From Callorhinchus milii (taxonomy: Eukaryota), in the NCBI RefSeq assembly GCF_018977255.1, contig NW_024704743.1:24926001-24990000 (forward strand): 64,000 bases of DNA, in the 5' to 3' direction. This document shows, one piece after another, positions 36,901-50,700 of the stretch (positions are counted from its first letter, which is position 1; every line of letters starts with the position of its first letter). The notes under the pieces were generated by a model that was given only the letters and a program-made list of their open reading frames with translations, made no database searches and was not told the origin of the DNA. Position numbers and translations under genes: made by a program.

Positions 36901-39900
36901 AAACCAATGTCATGCTGCATCAATGTCAGCTGAGAAACTACTGGAAAGGACATAAGCATTTCAAAACCAGACACTGATTCGGCAATAGTTAATGCAAACC
37001 CCCAGACAAATCTGACATGAATATCTCTGAATTAAATTAGTCAAAACCCAACCCTAGAAATGCACCCAATGCAAAATTAATACATAACATTTCACCTATA
37101 AATACAGTCATTATATAATAATCCTTGCATTTGATATAGCACTTTTATCACCTCGTCGAGATGTCGCAAAGTGCTTCTCAGAATATACTGTAAAATGGAT
37201 TGACTGTATTTTGTGGGTGAAAGGTGGCAGTCAATTGCACACAGCAATGTCCCACAAACAGTTGTAGAATGATTGACCAAATTATTATTATTTTTGTGGG
37301 ATTACTACCCCCGGTAAACAATCCACCAATTGACTAACAAACAAATTCCTATTTATTGCTAGGTAAACATTGTATGTTATTGCACTGCACCGAAACACTG
37401 CAAAGTGCTTTGAGACGTTCTTGATACTTTGAAACTATTTTATATGCAAGAATTATTATTATTAAGAATAAGCAATGTAAAGAAAAAAATAAACACATTG
37501 TCCCACAGTAAGAATAGAATTGTTTCAAATCTTAGCTGCTTTTTGTTTACGATACATAAATTTAACTGTATTTAATTGAAGAACATAAGCATTGCTGTCC
37601 AGGAGTATGTGACTAAACTGATAGCTCCACAAAAAACACACGGATGCTAATGACAAAGTCATGGCTGATGGAGATGTTTCTTTGCACTGTCTGATGATGC
37701 CATCTGTAACTAATAAAACAAGCTCAGCTGCACAGCTGGCTGCTGTTATTAAAGTCCCAGCATGAGGTAATGGCACAACACTCATCAACTCTGTCTACTC
37801 AAGGACAAAAATGTTATGGTAAGAAAGCCACCAACCATTTATCTGCACACAGTTTTCAAGGAAAGACAGACACAAATGTTCATAGAATCATACAGGACAG
37901 AAGGAGGCCATTCGGCCCATCGTGTCTGTGTCGGCTCTTTGAAAAGAACTTCCAAATCAACCCCACTCCCCCGCTCTCTCCCCATAGCCCTGGAAAACTT
38001 GTCCTCCCCAAATGTTGTAGCCACTAATAATAATCCCTGCATTGGATATAGTACCTTTCACACCAGAACAACATCTCAAAGCACTTCACAGGATTTTACT
38101 ACAAAGTGTAGTGACTGGCTATGTGCAGGTAAATGCAGTAGCCAATTTCCATATATAACGTTCCACAAACAGCCATGAAGTAAAGCACCACTAGCAATTT
38201 AAGCCACATACATTTTTTTCATGATTACCACATAGTAACTGAAGATACAGTGGATGTATCATACAAAGAGCTTTTATGTTTAACACAGGATAGGGTGGGG
38301 GCACCACACATACATACTGTTCAATACAGTTTAGAATTTGCTGAATAGTATTAGATCTCTAAACTGGACTAGAGCACAGGACTCCCAGCTTTTAATCATT
38401 CACCAAAAATGCTCCCATGTAGCTTTACACACTCTCCTGTGTGCTGATAAAAACAAACCTAAGGAAAGTATGAGCATATTGCAATTGGACCATTTGATCT
38501 CATCCTTCTGAATACCCAGCCAGGGTCTTCCCATGACAACAATGAACTGTTTCTTAAACCAGTCCAGTGTCCTGGCCTCCCCCAGCTTTCCTGGTAAACT
38601 GTTCCAGCTGTTGATATCCTAAAATCACTCACTGCCTGAGTTCTTCCAGGAAGAATTGGCCAAATGACCCAGATACTGGAGGGCAACTTGCAAAAAATAA
38701 AGCATTTGTCAAAACGTATGATTTCCAATTCCGTTAAAAATATTAGTTTCTTGTGTTGAAATCCAAAACCCAGGTAATCTAAAACACCTGACGGGTCGTC
38801 ATGTTCCAAAGGGGGAGTTAATGCGATTCTTCTATGGAGGATAATGCAGCTGTTTATCAGTAATCTAAAACCTACACGTTTAATCCATGCATTTGATATG
38901 GTGCCTTTCACTCAAAGCGATCCACAGGATATACTGTAAAGTGTCATGACTGTAGTTTGTAGATGAATACCTAAAAAAACATTCTTGACAGTGAAATACG
39001 TTAGGTGTCAGCCTGGTTCAGTTGGTAGCACTCTCGTTTCTGAGTTGGAAAGCTGTGGGTTCAAGCTCCATGTCAAGATTTTGAATTTACAGTCTTGGTT
39101 AACACTCCAAATCAGTACTGAGGCTGTGCTGAATTATTTGAGGTGCTGTCCTTCGGATGTTAAACTGAGGTCCCATCTGCCTGTTCAGATAGATAGATGC
39201 TAAAGATCCCATGGCACTACTTGATAAGGGAAGGGCATTTCCCCCAGTGTCTTGGCCAACAATGCCCCAGTTAAAATTGGACATTAACTTCATGGTGGTT
39301 TGTGGAACATCGTTGGGAGCAAATAGGCTGCTATGTTTGCATTCAAATAGAAAGTCACTGCACTTTACAGTAAATGCTGTGAATCACTTTGAAATGTTTT
39401 GATATGATAAGGCACTACAACAAATGCAAGGATTATCATTATAATTCTTCTACTTCCCCAAATTGAACCATTTCTCTTTTCAAAATAATGAACACTGCAT
39501 TGCAGTCTGCCTCCAAACCATGGTTGCTAGAAGCCTTTGCCAAGTAACCAAAGCCCTGTGTATTTCAGACTCGGATCAGAAGTGGCCATTGCAAACAGCA
39601 CAAACTGTGGAGTGTTTATCTCTGAGGACAGTTAACAGAAGCCAGGTAGGGAAGTGAAACATCTGTAGTAAAGTGTGGAGTACTGCCTTCCAGCCAACCA
39701 CTGCACAATGATCGAAAAGAAAGGCCCTAACAGAAATCAATTTGTTTCAAATGAACTGTGGAGGATCCTAAGAGCTGAGACAAGTAGCCACAAAAATACT
39801 GTAACAGAAGGCCTGACAATTCTTTGCGTTTTTTGTAGAAAAGGAAGTTAATGCATTTTAAGTTTGATGGAGGGGTGTATTTTCGGATGATCACTTAAGG

Positions 39901-40762
39901 ATAAGCCCACCTTAGTATATTCTTTTAAGTCTTTTCCACAGACGTCATTTAACAAATTTAGCTGCATTTTAAGGGGGAGAAATGTGTGCCCTGTTAGGAA
40001 GTAGACCACATTTGTTGTATTTGAAAAATTTTGTGTTCATGTAAAACTAAAAGATGCCAATTGTTTAGATCAAATATTTTTTGTCTGAGACTCCTTCCCT
40101 GCTGCAACACACGCAATGACTCAGTTTAAGCTTTTAATGTTCAGTAAAACATACGTCTGCTTTGTAACATAGCCTCCAACTGTACATCAACAATGTTTCA
40201 TCATTAAAATCATCAACAGAAACCCTATTTTAAGCCTCCAACCTTTTTTATACAGATTCAATTATGGCACATCTACTCCACAGTGCATTGAGTCAACCAA
40301 GATGAAACAGCACAGATAATTACCATGATTTGGTAAAACAGCACAATTGTGCACAACCCTGAGATTTGAGTTTTAAATTTACATCCGCAACTCCAAAGCG
40401 CTTTAACAGTAACACAGACACCTTGATAGCACAATTGACAGGGCTTGGAAAGAAAGGAGTTGCTTTGTTAACAAGATCCCCGTTCAGAAAATCAAAACGT
40501 TTTATCCGACTGCCTTTTGCACGGCTCAGTCACAATCGACACTCCCACATAATTAACAAGCAAAACAATATTTGCTGGCTGATTGTTGCACGCGCTATTC
40601 GCAATGGCAAAGCATCAATAGGCACTGGATTTGAGGAAGGAGAAAAAGTCTGAGTACATTATTTGCAACCAGTTATGTTCTTCCCTTTTACGTTTTATTA
40701 AAAAAATCTTTAATACACTTGTGCTAAATTGGATGGAATTGAATGGACAGTCCGTTCCTTAC

Positions 40763-40891
40763 CTGTCGTGCTACTCTTCTGGCTTCCCAGTAAGGCTTGG
40801 AATCATCGACAGCTTTTCCTAGCTTCTTAACAAGCTCCTCAAGTTTAACAGTGGCTTCAACTAAAACGGTTCGAAATTTCTGACGAGCGTC
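40763..40891 (-). CDS. SH3BP5: SH3BP5 coding exon 3 (DARQKFRTVLVEATVKLEELVKKLGKAVDDSKPYWEARRVARQ)
   Basis: cacag acceptor and gtaagg donor. 129 nt. Conserved SKPYWEAR motif. Confidence 0.97.
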
Positions 40892-43800
40892 CTGTGGAAC
40901 AGAATCGATCAGGGTTATTAACCAAAAATCTTGCATCAAACACAACACGGCTAACATACAGTTCCAGTAGCTTCACAACCCCATTAAATCCCTTGAAACA
41001 CTTAACTGACCCAACCAAGTAATTGATTGTCATTAAAGAATGCTCCATTGCTTTTGTCAGTCAGGTTTACACAGGGATGCTCTCAATTCCTCTAGAATAC
41101 CGCTGAGTTTTGTAGAATAGAATAGAATTAGAATACCGCTACCATTTTGTGTCGAGACTCATGTTGCAATTTGGGGTTTGTACCTGTTATACTGAGGTCA
41201 ACACCGACCCCTCTATTCCAATGCTGGTTTCAGTAGAAGTAGAACAGCCACTTTGAAATGCAATTGAGCTTCTGTGCAGCATTGGATACTGGATTTGCAA
41301 TACTACAAATGTAAGTTCAGCAGACATTCCTAACTTAGCACAGGTACGTGTTTACTATCTGAAAGCATGATCAAAAGGATAGGTCTTAAAGCACGTCTTG
41401 AAGGCCCGAAGGGGATGAGGCGGGTCTGGAGATTGCTGCAGAATGGGTGAAAGCTCACCCACCAATGGTGGGAGGATTGGGCAGGGGACTTGAAGCAGAC
41501 CTGTGTTTGCTGAGCAAAGGGAGGCCTGGGTAGCAGGGTCGCAGAAAGTGGGACAAGGTTGTGGAAGGTTTGGAAAGTGGTGAATTAAGCCTTTCAGAGA
41601 GGACATATCTGTGCAATGGTGAAGCAGTTAATACCACCACTATTGCAATTTCAAGTCCTGTAAATCTCTGAAGGCCAGTCATGCCGTCAGATTGAAAATT
41701 TGATTGTAAGAGTCAAAAAGGAAAAAGCTGCAAACTAAGACAGACTAAATCTAAGTAATCACATTCTGCTAGAATATGCTTCCATGGGGAAAAAATGGGA
41801 TTCAATTTAGTGAAGTGCAGAGATATGTTCTGGTGAGTGCGGACCCAGGGGGAATGAGCTCCATGTCTGCTGCAATCAAAGCTCCAATTTCCAATATAAT
41901 CTGCATGAATAGTAATTCAGCCCCATGGTTCAGGCATCAGCCAGTGGAGGTGAACTTTATGTGATGAAAGGTTACGGTTGAAATGTTAACCTATTTTTCT
42001 ATCAGAAGCTAATCAATTTGCTGTGGATTTCCAGCATTCAGTGGGTTAACTTTCTTCCCGTGTAACCCGGTAAAATCACTTGAAATTGATTTTAGTCCAC
42101 TGATTCTCGCTCCCTGCCGCAGGGTGAAGTTATAACAAGATGTACCCAAATGTTTTGTGTTAAGTTGCCTCGGAAAGCATACAGGGTAACCGACAATCTT
42201 CACTTATCCTCTCCTGTATGTGCTATTCATTGATCTCAGAATACAGCACCAGGTCTCAGTGAAACCTGGACATGAGAGAAAGGATTTACTGCTGATCTAG
42301 ACATCACATCAAATGAATGAGTGGAAGGGTCAAATTCAACTCAAGTAAACTCCACTTTTATTATCAAAGTAACTCTAGTCACTGCCACAAAATGCCTCAC
42401 GCTCTTAACCTTAAGATTTTTGACTTAATATTCAAGATTGTCCAGAATTTTGAAACATTCTTGAGTTCAGCTTTTATCTGAAAGCTGATTTACACAGCTT
42501 ATACAAAGCACATCACAGTGGCATTATCACAGTGCTTAAAAAAACTGGAAAACTGGCTGTTAAATTAAGGAGCAATTTAAAGTATTTTCCCCCAAATTCT
42601 GCATAATCCTAGATTTTAAGAATATTGTCCATAGCAACCATAAACTGAGACCATGATGGATTTCAGCCCTCTGCAGGGGTTCAGCGCTCAGAAATCCTCA
42701 TGATCAAAGCCTTTGTGTCACAGCAATTCCTAACCAAGGATCATACGACAACAGCAGCACATGAACAAGGATTAAAATTCCACCACAAAACTGTCAGAAA
42801 TATTTAATGGAGTTAATCAGTGAGTATGAGAAGCTAAATGGGCTACAGTAAATATACTCAGAGCAATACTTTCAGATATGCCAAGCCAGTATAATAAGAG
42901 GTTAAGAATCTGTAAAGAGCAATTTTAGGATAGGCAGGAGGAAAGCAATTGTTCACAAAGAGGATGATTAAGAACTGGGACAAGTTACAAGAAAGGGTGG
43001 TAGAGGCCAATTCACTGGACTCGGAGCTTAAATAGAATGGGAGGATTGTGAGGTTAATTTTCTGAATGGGTGAAATCAAATGGGTCTTCTCCACCTTAAT
43101 CTCTCTTGTGTTGTGCTTCTTCAACCAGAATGACTTATTGTCCATCGTGAATGTTTTCAAAGTGAACTAAATTGGAATGTCCCAGCGCTGTGGACGTCCT
43201 CCTAACGTGAAAGGCGCTATACAAATGCAATCTGTTGTAATTTGTTGTTGTAAATGGCAACGGGGGTTGAAAATGTTCTATTCTTTGTAACATTGTGATC
43301 TTCATTGGCTAATATTTGGCCTTGAGTGACTTTTGAGTTGAAATAGCAGCTCCTGACGGTAACTGGAAGATCATCAGGTGGTCATTGTGAATTTTGTTCT
43401 GACTCGGTCTACTTTCAGAGCAGAGATCCTGACCCAGTTCTGGTTAACATGAGGAATTGCTATCAGTAATTCAGCAGCACTATGAACAAATTTTGGTCCT
43501 GAATGGGCATTTTCAACCCCACTTATGCCTAATAAATGAGCATTGCAAACAGAGAATAGACTGAAAAAAAATCGGTCAACTGCTTTTGAATCATATCATA
43601 GCTTTGAGTGTCCAAAGATGAGTGTCGCCATCAGCACCTCAAAGTCGAACAATTATAAAGCAACAAAATTGTGATCAGCCTTTTATCTTATTTCTAACCA
43701 TGAATTTTAATCTGTCAGAATTTATATTGAATGACATTGAGGTGACCCAGTTAAGTGGCAGCATGGATAATCCGAGTCAAGGATAGGACTCAGCAAGAAA

Positions 43801-44606
43801 CAAGGACTAAGGAGAAAAATCATTCCGATTCATAAATGTCCAATTGATTGGTTGGTCTGAACATCACAACATCAACAACAACAAATCATGTTTGTAATGT
43901 GCCTTTCATGTCAGGAGGACGTCCCAAGGCGCTAGACAGTCAGGGATTTGGACCCGAGCTGGGGTTGGGATCAGGAGGGGTGGAGGGCAGGGAGGGTAGG
44001 GGTAGGAGGGTGACCGAAGGCACAGTCAAAGACGAGTGTCTTTAGACGTGCCTTGAAGGAGACAAGGGAGGGAATGAGGTGAAAGGACTGTGGGATGGAG
44101 TTCCAAAGGGTGGGGACAGAGAGGCTGAAGGCCCGACTGCCGATGATGGGGTAGGCCATGGCAGGGATGTGGAGCAGGCCGGAGTCTGCTGGGCGGAGGG
44201 AGCAGATAGGTTAATATCGCATTAGCAGGTCACTGAGGTAGCAAGGAGCAAGGCCGTGGAGGGCTTTGAAGGCATGGACAAGAATTCTGAACTCTATTCT
44301 CTGGGGGATGGGAAGCCAGTAGAGCCAGACGATGGTGGGGGTGATAGGGTCACGGAGCCTGATACGGGAGAGGACACGAGCTACAGAGTTCTGGATGATG
44401 TGGAGGGAGAGGTTGTGAAAGGAAAGGAGGGAGAAGAAGTCAGCAGAGATAGAGCCTCCCAACATGAAAGACGCTATACAAATGTCATTTGTTGTTGCTG
44501 TACACACTGAATCCTGGGCACTGACTGTCTGTTTCACAGTCTGATTGTACACACCGGGTCCCAGTCACTGACTTGCTTTTTCAAATGTAAAGAAAACAAT
44601 CTTTAC

Positions 44607-44669
44607 CTCTAGTTCAGTTTCCCATCGATTAATATCATCTGTGGACTGATTCAGCTTTTCCAGCTCACC
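44607..44669 (-). CDS. SH3BP5: SH3BP5 coding exon 2 (GELEKLNQSTDDINRWETELE)
   Basis: ttttag acceptor and gtaaag donor. 63 nt. Near-identical to human GELEKLNQSTDDINRRETELE. Confidence 0.96.
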
Positions 44670-46756
44670 CTAAAATACAAATAGGAAATGTATCACAAAC
44701 TGAAAACAGACAATCAAATCGCTTCAAAGAATCAAAATATCAATAGGCGACATTTTCAGGAAACACTTTAAACACTCTGCCAAAAGTCCACCCACATTGC
44801 TGAGATTCCTCTCCGCTTAATGTTTAACCCAAAAATGCAAACTTAAATAAACAAATGAGTGAAATTTGCTTTCGCAGCAGCCATAATGAACAGTAAAACA
44901 AAAGCAGTTTGTCTCCTGGATTTTTTTAGAAAAATCAATACCATTTATTTTGTTGAATTGCCATTGAACAGCTGAATCCCTCCATTAAACAACTGCCTTA
45001 TCATAACTCCTGGACATTGATATTTAATTGTTGTCCTAGGATTTAGATGTGCTGCTGGAGGTGCCGTCTTTTGGATGAAACATTAAACTGAGGACCGAAT
45101 TGCCTGTTGAGATAGAAATTAACGATCTCATAGAACTATTCCAAAAGAGTTAGGGTGGGAGGTTCTCACATTGTCCTGGCCATCAATCTCCCAGATAAAA
45201 TTGATCATTCACTTCATAGTTGTTTATGGGACGTTATTGTGTGCAAATTGCCTGCCACGTTCACCTATAAACATTCACAGCCACTATACTTTACATTGAA
45301 TCCTGTGAAGCACTTTGAGACATCCTCCCAACATGAAAGGCACTATATAAAATGCAAGTATTACTATTAATACTGATACCATTAATAGATACAATAAAAC
45401 TCTGATCAATTTGTGTTTTGTGTGATATCCAAATACTAGCAGTGATTGTTTATCTCCAGAATAAAACTGTTCCCCAGTGAAGGGCGCTGTGTAAATGCAA
45501 GTTGTTGTTGTTATCTGCAATGGGATCAATCCCAATTAGTGCACATCATCAGCTCTTTACTGGACAGTAGAAGACACTGTGGCAGTATGGTACCTACCAA
45601 CGCCAATGAGCAGCATATTATCTATTTTGCAATATTGGTTCAATGCAACTGAGCTGTCTCTCTAGGCTACGGGAGTTGCATAGCAGGTCAAACATTTCTG
45701 GGCTGGGAAAAGAAGCCATTTCCTGTCCATTCGGGTCCCGACCCAACTGTCCAGTGCTTTGGGACGTCCTCCCGACGTGAAAGGCGCTCTATAAGTGCAA
45801 TCTTGTTGTTGTTGTTGTTGTAGGTGACAGAATAGAGAACTGGTTCATCCTCAATTACTAGGTTTATCCTCAATTACTAGGATCAGCGAGTGTCTCAACT
45901 GCATGAGCTGGACAATGGATTGGTTTTAGTTTCAAGGGAAGGGTTCACGAGCCTTTTTACTGGTGAACGCTTTGCACAACTCTGGCATGGATAATTGACA
46001 AATAAAAGAAACCATGTTCAGATTAGGATCTTCACTTCAGTTTAGACCACAAGTGTGGACAAGAACCCACATTATCATCCATTCTCTGAAAGAGGAACTT
46101 TCAGATCACAAGTCAGAGGCTGCAACCAATAAAGCAAGTCTGCTCTTCCGTTCCTTTCACAATCAATCAGTTTATTGAAGTGTGCGATACACCCCAGTTC
46201 TCACAACACCTCCACTTACAGTTTTTGAGAAAAATACTTCAGTTAAAATACTGGGGTTTAATTGATGTATTTCTTAATGAGATTCCTTTGTAAAAATTCG
46301 AAGCCATGCAAACATGTCTCCTTTCTACAACCAGAACAGCAAGTTAGCCTCTAGGTTTACCATAAAAATGATCCAAATGTAAAACTCCAATAATACCCAA
46401 CATTAATTACATTACATATAATTTCAAATTGCTGGAACACTTCAAATATATCAACTTGATCCACTGTTCAACTTTCTGTGCTGATAGGAAAATGTCTTGG
46501 CAAATATAATGATCCTTGTAATCCTTGCATTTGATATACCGCCTTATCACATCATTGAGACATCTCAAAGTGCTTCACAGAACATACTAGAGTGAATTAA
46601 CAGTATACTTTGTGGGCGAAATACGTGGATTGAGTGACCACATTTTTTTTAAAGGGATTATTACCACCAGAAAGCCATTCACTTATCGACTAACAACCAG
46701 GTTCTTACTTACTACTATGTAAACAGAAGTGTGTGGAGTAAGGAAACTTGCCTAAG

Positions 46757-46982
46757 TTTAAACAAAATGCAAAATACTGCAGATGCTGGAAATCTGAAAC
46801 AAAACAGAAGTCGCTGGGAAAACTCAGCAGGTCAGGCAGCATCTACGGAGAAAGGAAAGTGAGCCAACATTTCGGGTCCGCAACCCTTGATGAAGGGTCC
46901 TGGACCCGAAACACTGACTCACTTTCCATTCTCCATAGATGCTGCCTGACCTGCTGAGTGTTCCCAGCAACTTCTGTTTTTG
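46757..46982. mobile_element. Palindromic non-autonomous element with a hammerhead-like core (Penelope-like terminal repeat derivative)
   Basis: Long imperfect inverted repeat centred near 46890, flanked by the direct repeat TTGCCTAAG. Related copies at 23224-23381, 41960-42040 and about 14268-14361. Confidence 0.7.
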
Positions 46983-47034
46983 TTGCCTAAGGTTTTGCCT
47001 TGCCAAGGAGTCGAACCCGGATCCTCTCGCTTGC

Positions 47035-47770
47035 AACAACAACTTGCATTTATATAGCGCCCTTCACGCAGGGTAGCATCCAGATCGTTCGACAGTGGCA
47101 GAGCACAGGACGCTGAGCTGGGGTGGGGGGAGGTGACCGCAGGCATGGTCGCGACCTGAAGATGGGGAAGGAAGTGACAAGGTGGAGGCATAGAGGAAGA
47201 GTGTTTCAGACTTTCGGGGCGCAGTGGTTGAAAGCTCAGCCACCAATGGAGGGCATGAGAGACATGCAGAAGGCCGGAGTTAGTCAAGCGAAGGCAGCTG
47301 GCTGTGCGTTTTCAGGTACGTTGGAGAGGTAGGGGGTGCCAGGACATGATGGAGTTTGAAAATGAGTGCGATGATCTTGAAATCGATCTGTTCGGTGATA
47401 GGGAGCCAGTGGAGCCTGGCTAGAACAGGTGTGATGGGGGTACCGAGTTTAGTGTAGGTGAGTATGCGGGTGCCGGAGTTTTGGATCAGCTGGATCCTGT
47501 GCACGGTGGAGCTGGGGAGACCGGCAAAGAGGGCATTTTGAAGTCGAGTCGGGAGGTGATGAATGCATGAATGAGTGTTTCAGCTGCGTTTGGGGTAAGG
47601 TACTGTTGGAAGTGGGAAATGTGGCAGAGGTGGAGATAGGCGGTCATGGTCAGGGACCGGATGTGGGGAAGGAAGGACAGCTGTGGGTCGAACCTGATGC
47701 CTAGGTTGTGCACTGGTTCAGTAAGGTAAGTCTGAGGTTGGGCCGGGGAATTTGAGGAGCTTGCAATGAA
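47035..47770 (-). mobile_element. L2 LINE 3' fragment. Other L2 3' pieces at about 4700-5065(+), 10430-10820(-), 20305-20585(+), 22937-23195(-), 32157-32780(-), 35810-36150(+), 41355-41560(-), 43865-44410(-), 47820-48085(+)
   Basis: NLGIRFDPQLSF, FITSRLD and LHWLPI motifs in the minus-strand ORFs; (caa)n tail on the plus strand. Confidence 0.85.
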
Positions 47771-50700
47771 AATTCGTGCCAATATGCTACAGCACTCAGG
47801 GGACACGGAGGAGGCCGGACGCTCTACTGGGTCTGGCCTCCTCCATGTCCCCCGAATCCTCTGCTCCACCATCGGCAGCCGTGCCTTCTGCCACTACGTC
47901 CTGAAACTTTGGAACTCCTTCCCTCAACCCCTTTGCCTCGCCCCCTCTGTTCCCATTTTCAGGTTGCGCCTGAAGACCTTCCTCTTCGACCTTCCCCCTG
48001 GCTCAGCCTCGGGTTCTGCCACTGTTAAGGCTCTGACACACTGCCCGGCGTGGAGGGCGCTATATAAATGCAAATTGTTGTTGTTGACTCCACAAAGAAT
48101 ATATTTAGCACAAAAAAAACTACAACTGTACGCAACCAAAATGGAAACAAGAATTAAATCCAAAATACAAGTTAACAGGTGCATATATTGAATGGCTCAG
48201 TGCCCCCTATTCTAGGTCAGAATCAACAATGAACACAAGTCCCGATGTGGAGCTTGAACACACAACCTTCTGACCAGTGGTAAGAAGGCTACCACTTGAG
48301 CCAAGATAAAAATTTAAATCCTCCAATACCTGCCTAGGGGAAAAACATTCATGTCACCAAAACAGGGACACAACTTAGCCCCTATTTATTCTAATATATG
48401 TCTTGCAGACATCACCAGGATCAACTGGTGTTTCACAACAGTCGTTGCCCTCGTAATTCTTCCTGTCCAGATCGGGAGCAGGAATTGATTCTCTTTTTTC
48501 CACGTGTCTTTTTTACAGTCTACGTAGAAAGGATTACATTTTAATGTGTATTTACATATTGAATTATTGAGCTAAAATTTCACAGTAACTCTGGAATTCA
48601 TTCTCAATGCAACTAGTATTCTAAAATGGGATAAGCACGTCAATTTAACATTTAATCTTCATGTGCTCTTGGATTTTCAAAATAAAAGCCACTCGTATCT
48701 CGGGACAGCAGAAAGTTCTCATGGCAGAAGACTGCATATGGGTGTGTAGAGAGAGGAGGGAGGGGGAAAGGAGGATATCATTAAACAACTCATGCTTACA
48801 ATAACAGTTAAGTCTCTTTCTGACAACACTCATACATAATACCCAGATCATACAACGCAAATCTGTGGAATTCCCATTTTATTCCTTTTTAAGAAGATGC
48901 ACCTTCTTCTCACTCCTGGAACACATCAGTTATTCCAGTGCTCACCAACATGCAATCCCTGCAGTCACTTGGTGTAGAGTGTGATATTAATGTGGTGTTA
49001 TAATAGGTGTCAGGAAGTAAATTAATACAAAGCTGTCATGTCATAAGATTTGAGATAACTGGTGAGGTGAGAGGCTCGTGACTGTGAATACTTCTATCCT
49101 GTTTGGTGCATTTATTTAAATAACACAGCCATGACTGTAAACCTTATCAGAATCAACACAAGGCCAATGCTAAACACTGTGTAACCTGGAACATTCCACC
49201 ATTCTCCTGCGACCTGCTATGATAATAATTTGGTCACTCAATCCACCCAACTGCTTGTGGGACACTGCTGTGCGCAATTGGCTGCCACGGTTCGCCCACA
49301 AAATATGCAGTCAATTCACTTTACAGTCGAAGGCACAGTCAAAGAGGAAGACGGTCTTTAGAAGGGATTTGAGGAGGCAACAGAGAGAGTGAGGCAGAGG
49401 AAATGTGGGATAGAGTTACAGTGAGTGTGGTAGAGATGCTGAATGCCTGACCACCAATGGTGGGGTTGGAAGTGCAGGGGACCTGAAGCAGGTTGGAGGC
49501 CTACAGAGTTCCGGATGATCTGCAGCTTGCGGAGGGAAGAGTAGTTGAGCAGTGCTCTCACAAATTTCATGCTGTGTTGTGGTGCTCAGCAAGAGGCTTA
49601 CTGGGAATTCCCATTACCTGCCATCCACCTGGTGCAGGCTCAAATTTACACTTGTCAACTAATGACTATCCTCCTGGGTCTATGTGTGTGTGTGTGTAGT
49701 GGTGGGGTTGGGGGGAGGAATAAGAGGCTGGGAGCTGGGAATAACAGAGCTGAGTTGCTCCTTTGCAGCAGTCTCAGTTGGTTTGTGAGCCAGATGGGTC
49801 TGCAATATTCCAGAGCATTGTCAATAACAGACCACCCAGCCTGGCTCATCTCTCAGCCACATGGTTGTGGGTTCAATCTCACCATCAGGACTTTGAACTC
49901 CTAGCGTAGGCCAACGTTCCAACACGGTGTTGGAGGAGCACCACATTGTCAGAGGTGCTATCCATCAGATAAAACGTTAAACCAAGGTCCCGTGGACATT
50001 AAACATCCTCGGCACTGTGCAAAAAGAGAAGGAAGTTTCTCCTGATCCTGGTCAACAAACCCCCAAATAAAATTGGTCGCTCACTCCATGGCTGTTTGCG
50101 GCACATTACTGACACATTCACCTACAGTCACTACACATTACTGTAAGTTCTACGAACCGCTTTGAGCTGTCTGAACAATGTGATAAGACGCTAAATCATA
50201 TGCAAGAATTATTATTATTGCTTATTAGTATTGCTGTTTCACACTGTTTGGATATGGGTGAGCAACCCATGGATATGGGTGGCTGTCTTCAACAGGATCT
50301 CGAATTGCACTCTCATAGAATTTTTCCATTACAGATACTCTATTAGGCTACTGGTGTATAGTTTCCAGGCTCATGTCTCTTATGTAATAACTGGATTACA
50401 TTTGCTCTGCTTCAGTTATTATTAGATACTGCTTTAATGTTTATGGAGATTCTAAAAATATTAACCCAAAGCCTCACCCTTTTCCTCTCGCTTTTCTTAA
50501 AGATTCCAGGCTGTATCCTGTCTGACCAGACTGCCGTCAACATTCAGTGGTTATTGTTTCCTTATACGCTCTTAGGATGAAACGTTAAACTGAAGTCAGT
50601 CTGTTTAGGAGGACATTAAAGGTCCTATGGCACTATTTGAAAAGTGAAGAGAATTTCTTCTGGTGTCCTGGCCAACAATCCCACAGTCATCACTTCATGG

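Noticed and set aside
45847..45881. 16-bp tandem duplication ATCCTCAATTACTAGG
   Set aside because: Simple local duplication within decayed repeat sequence, with no further structure.
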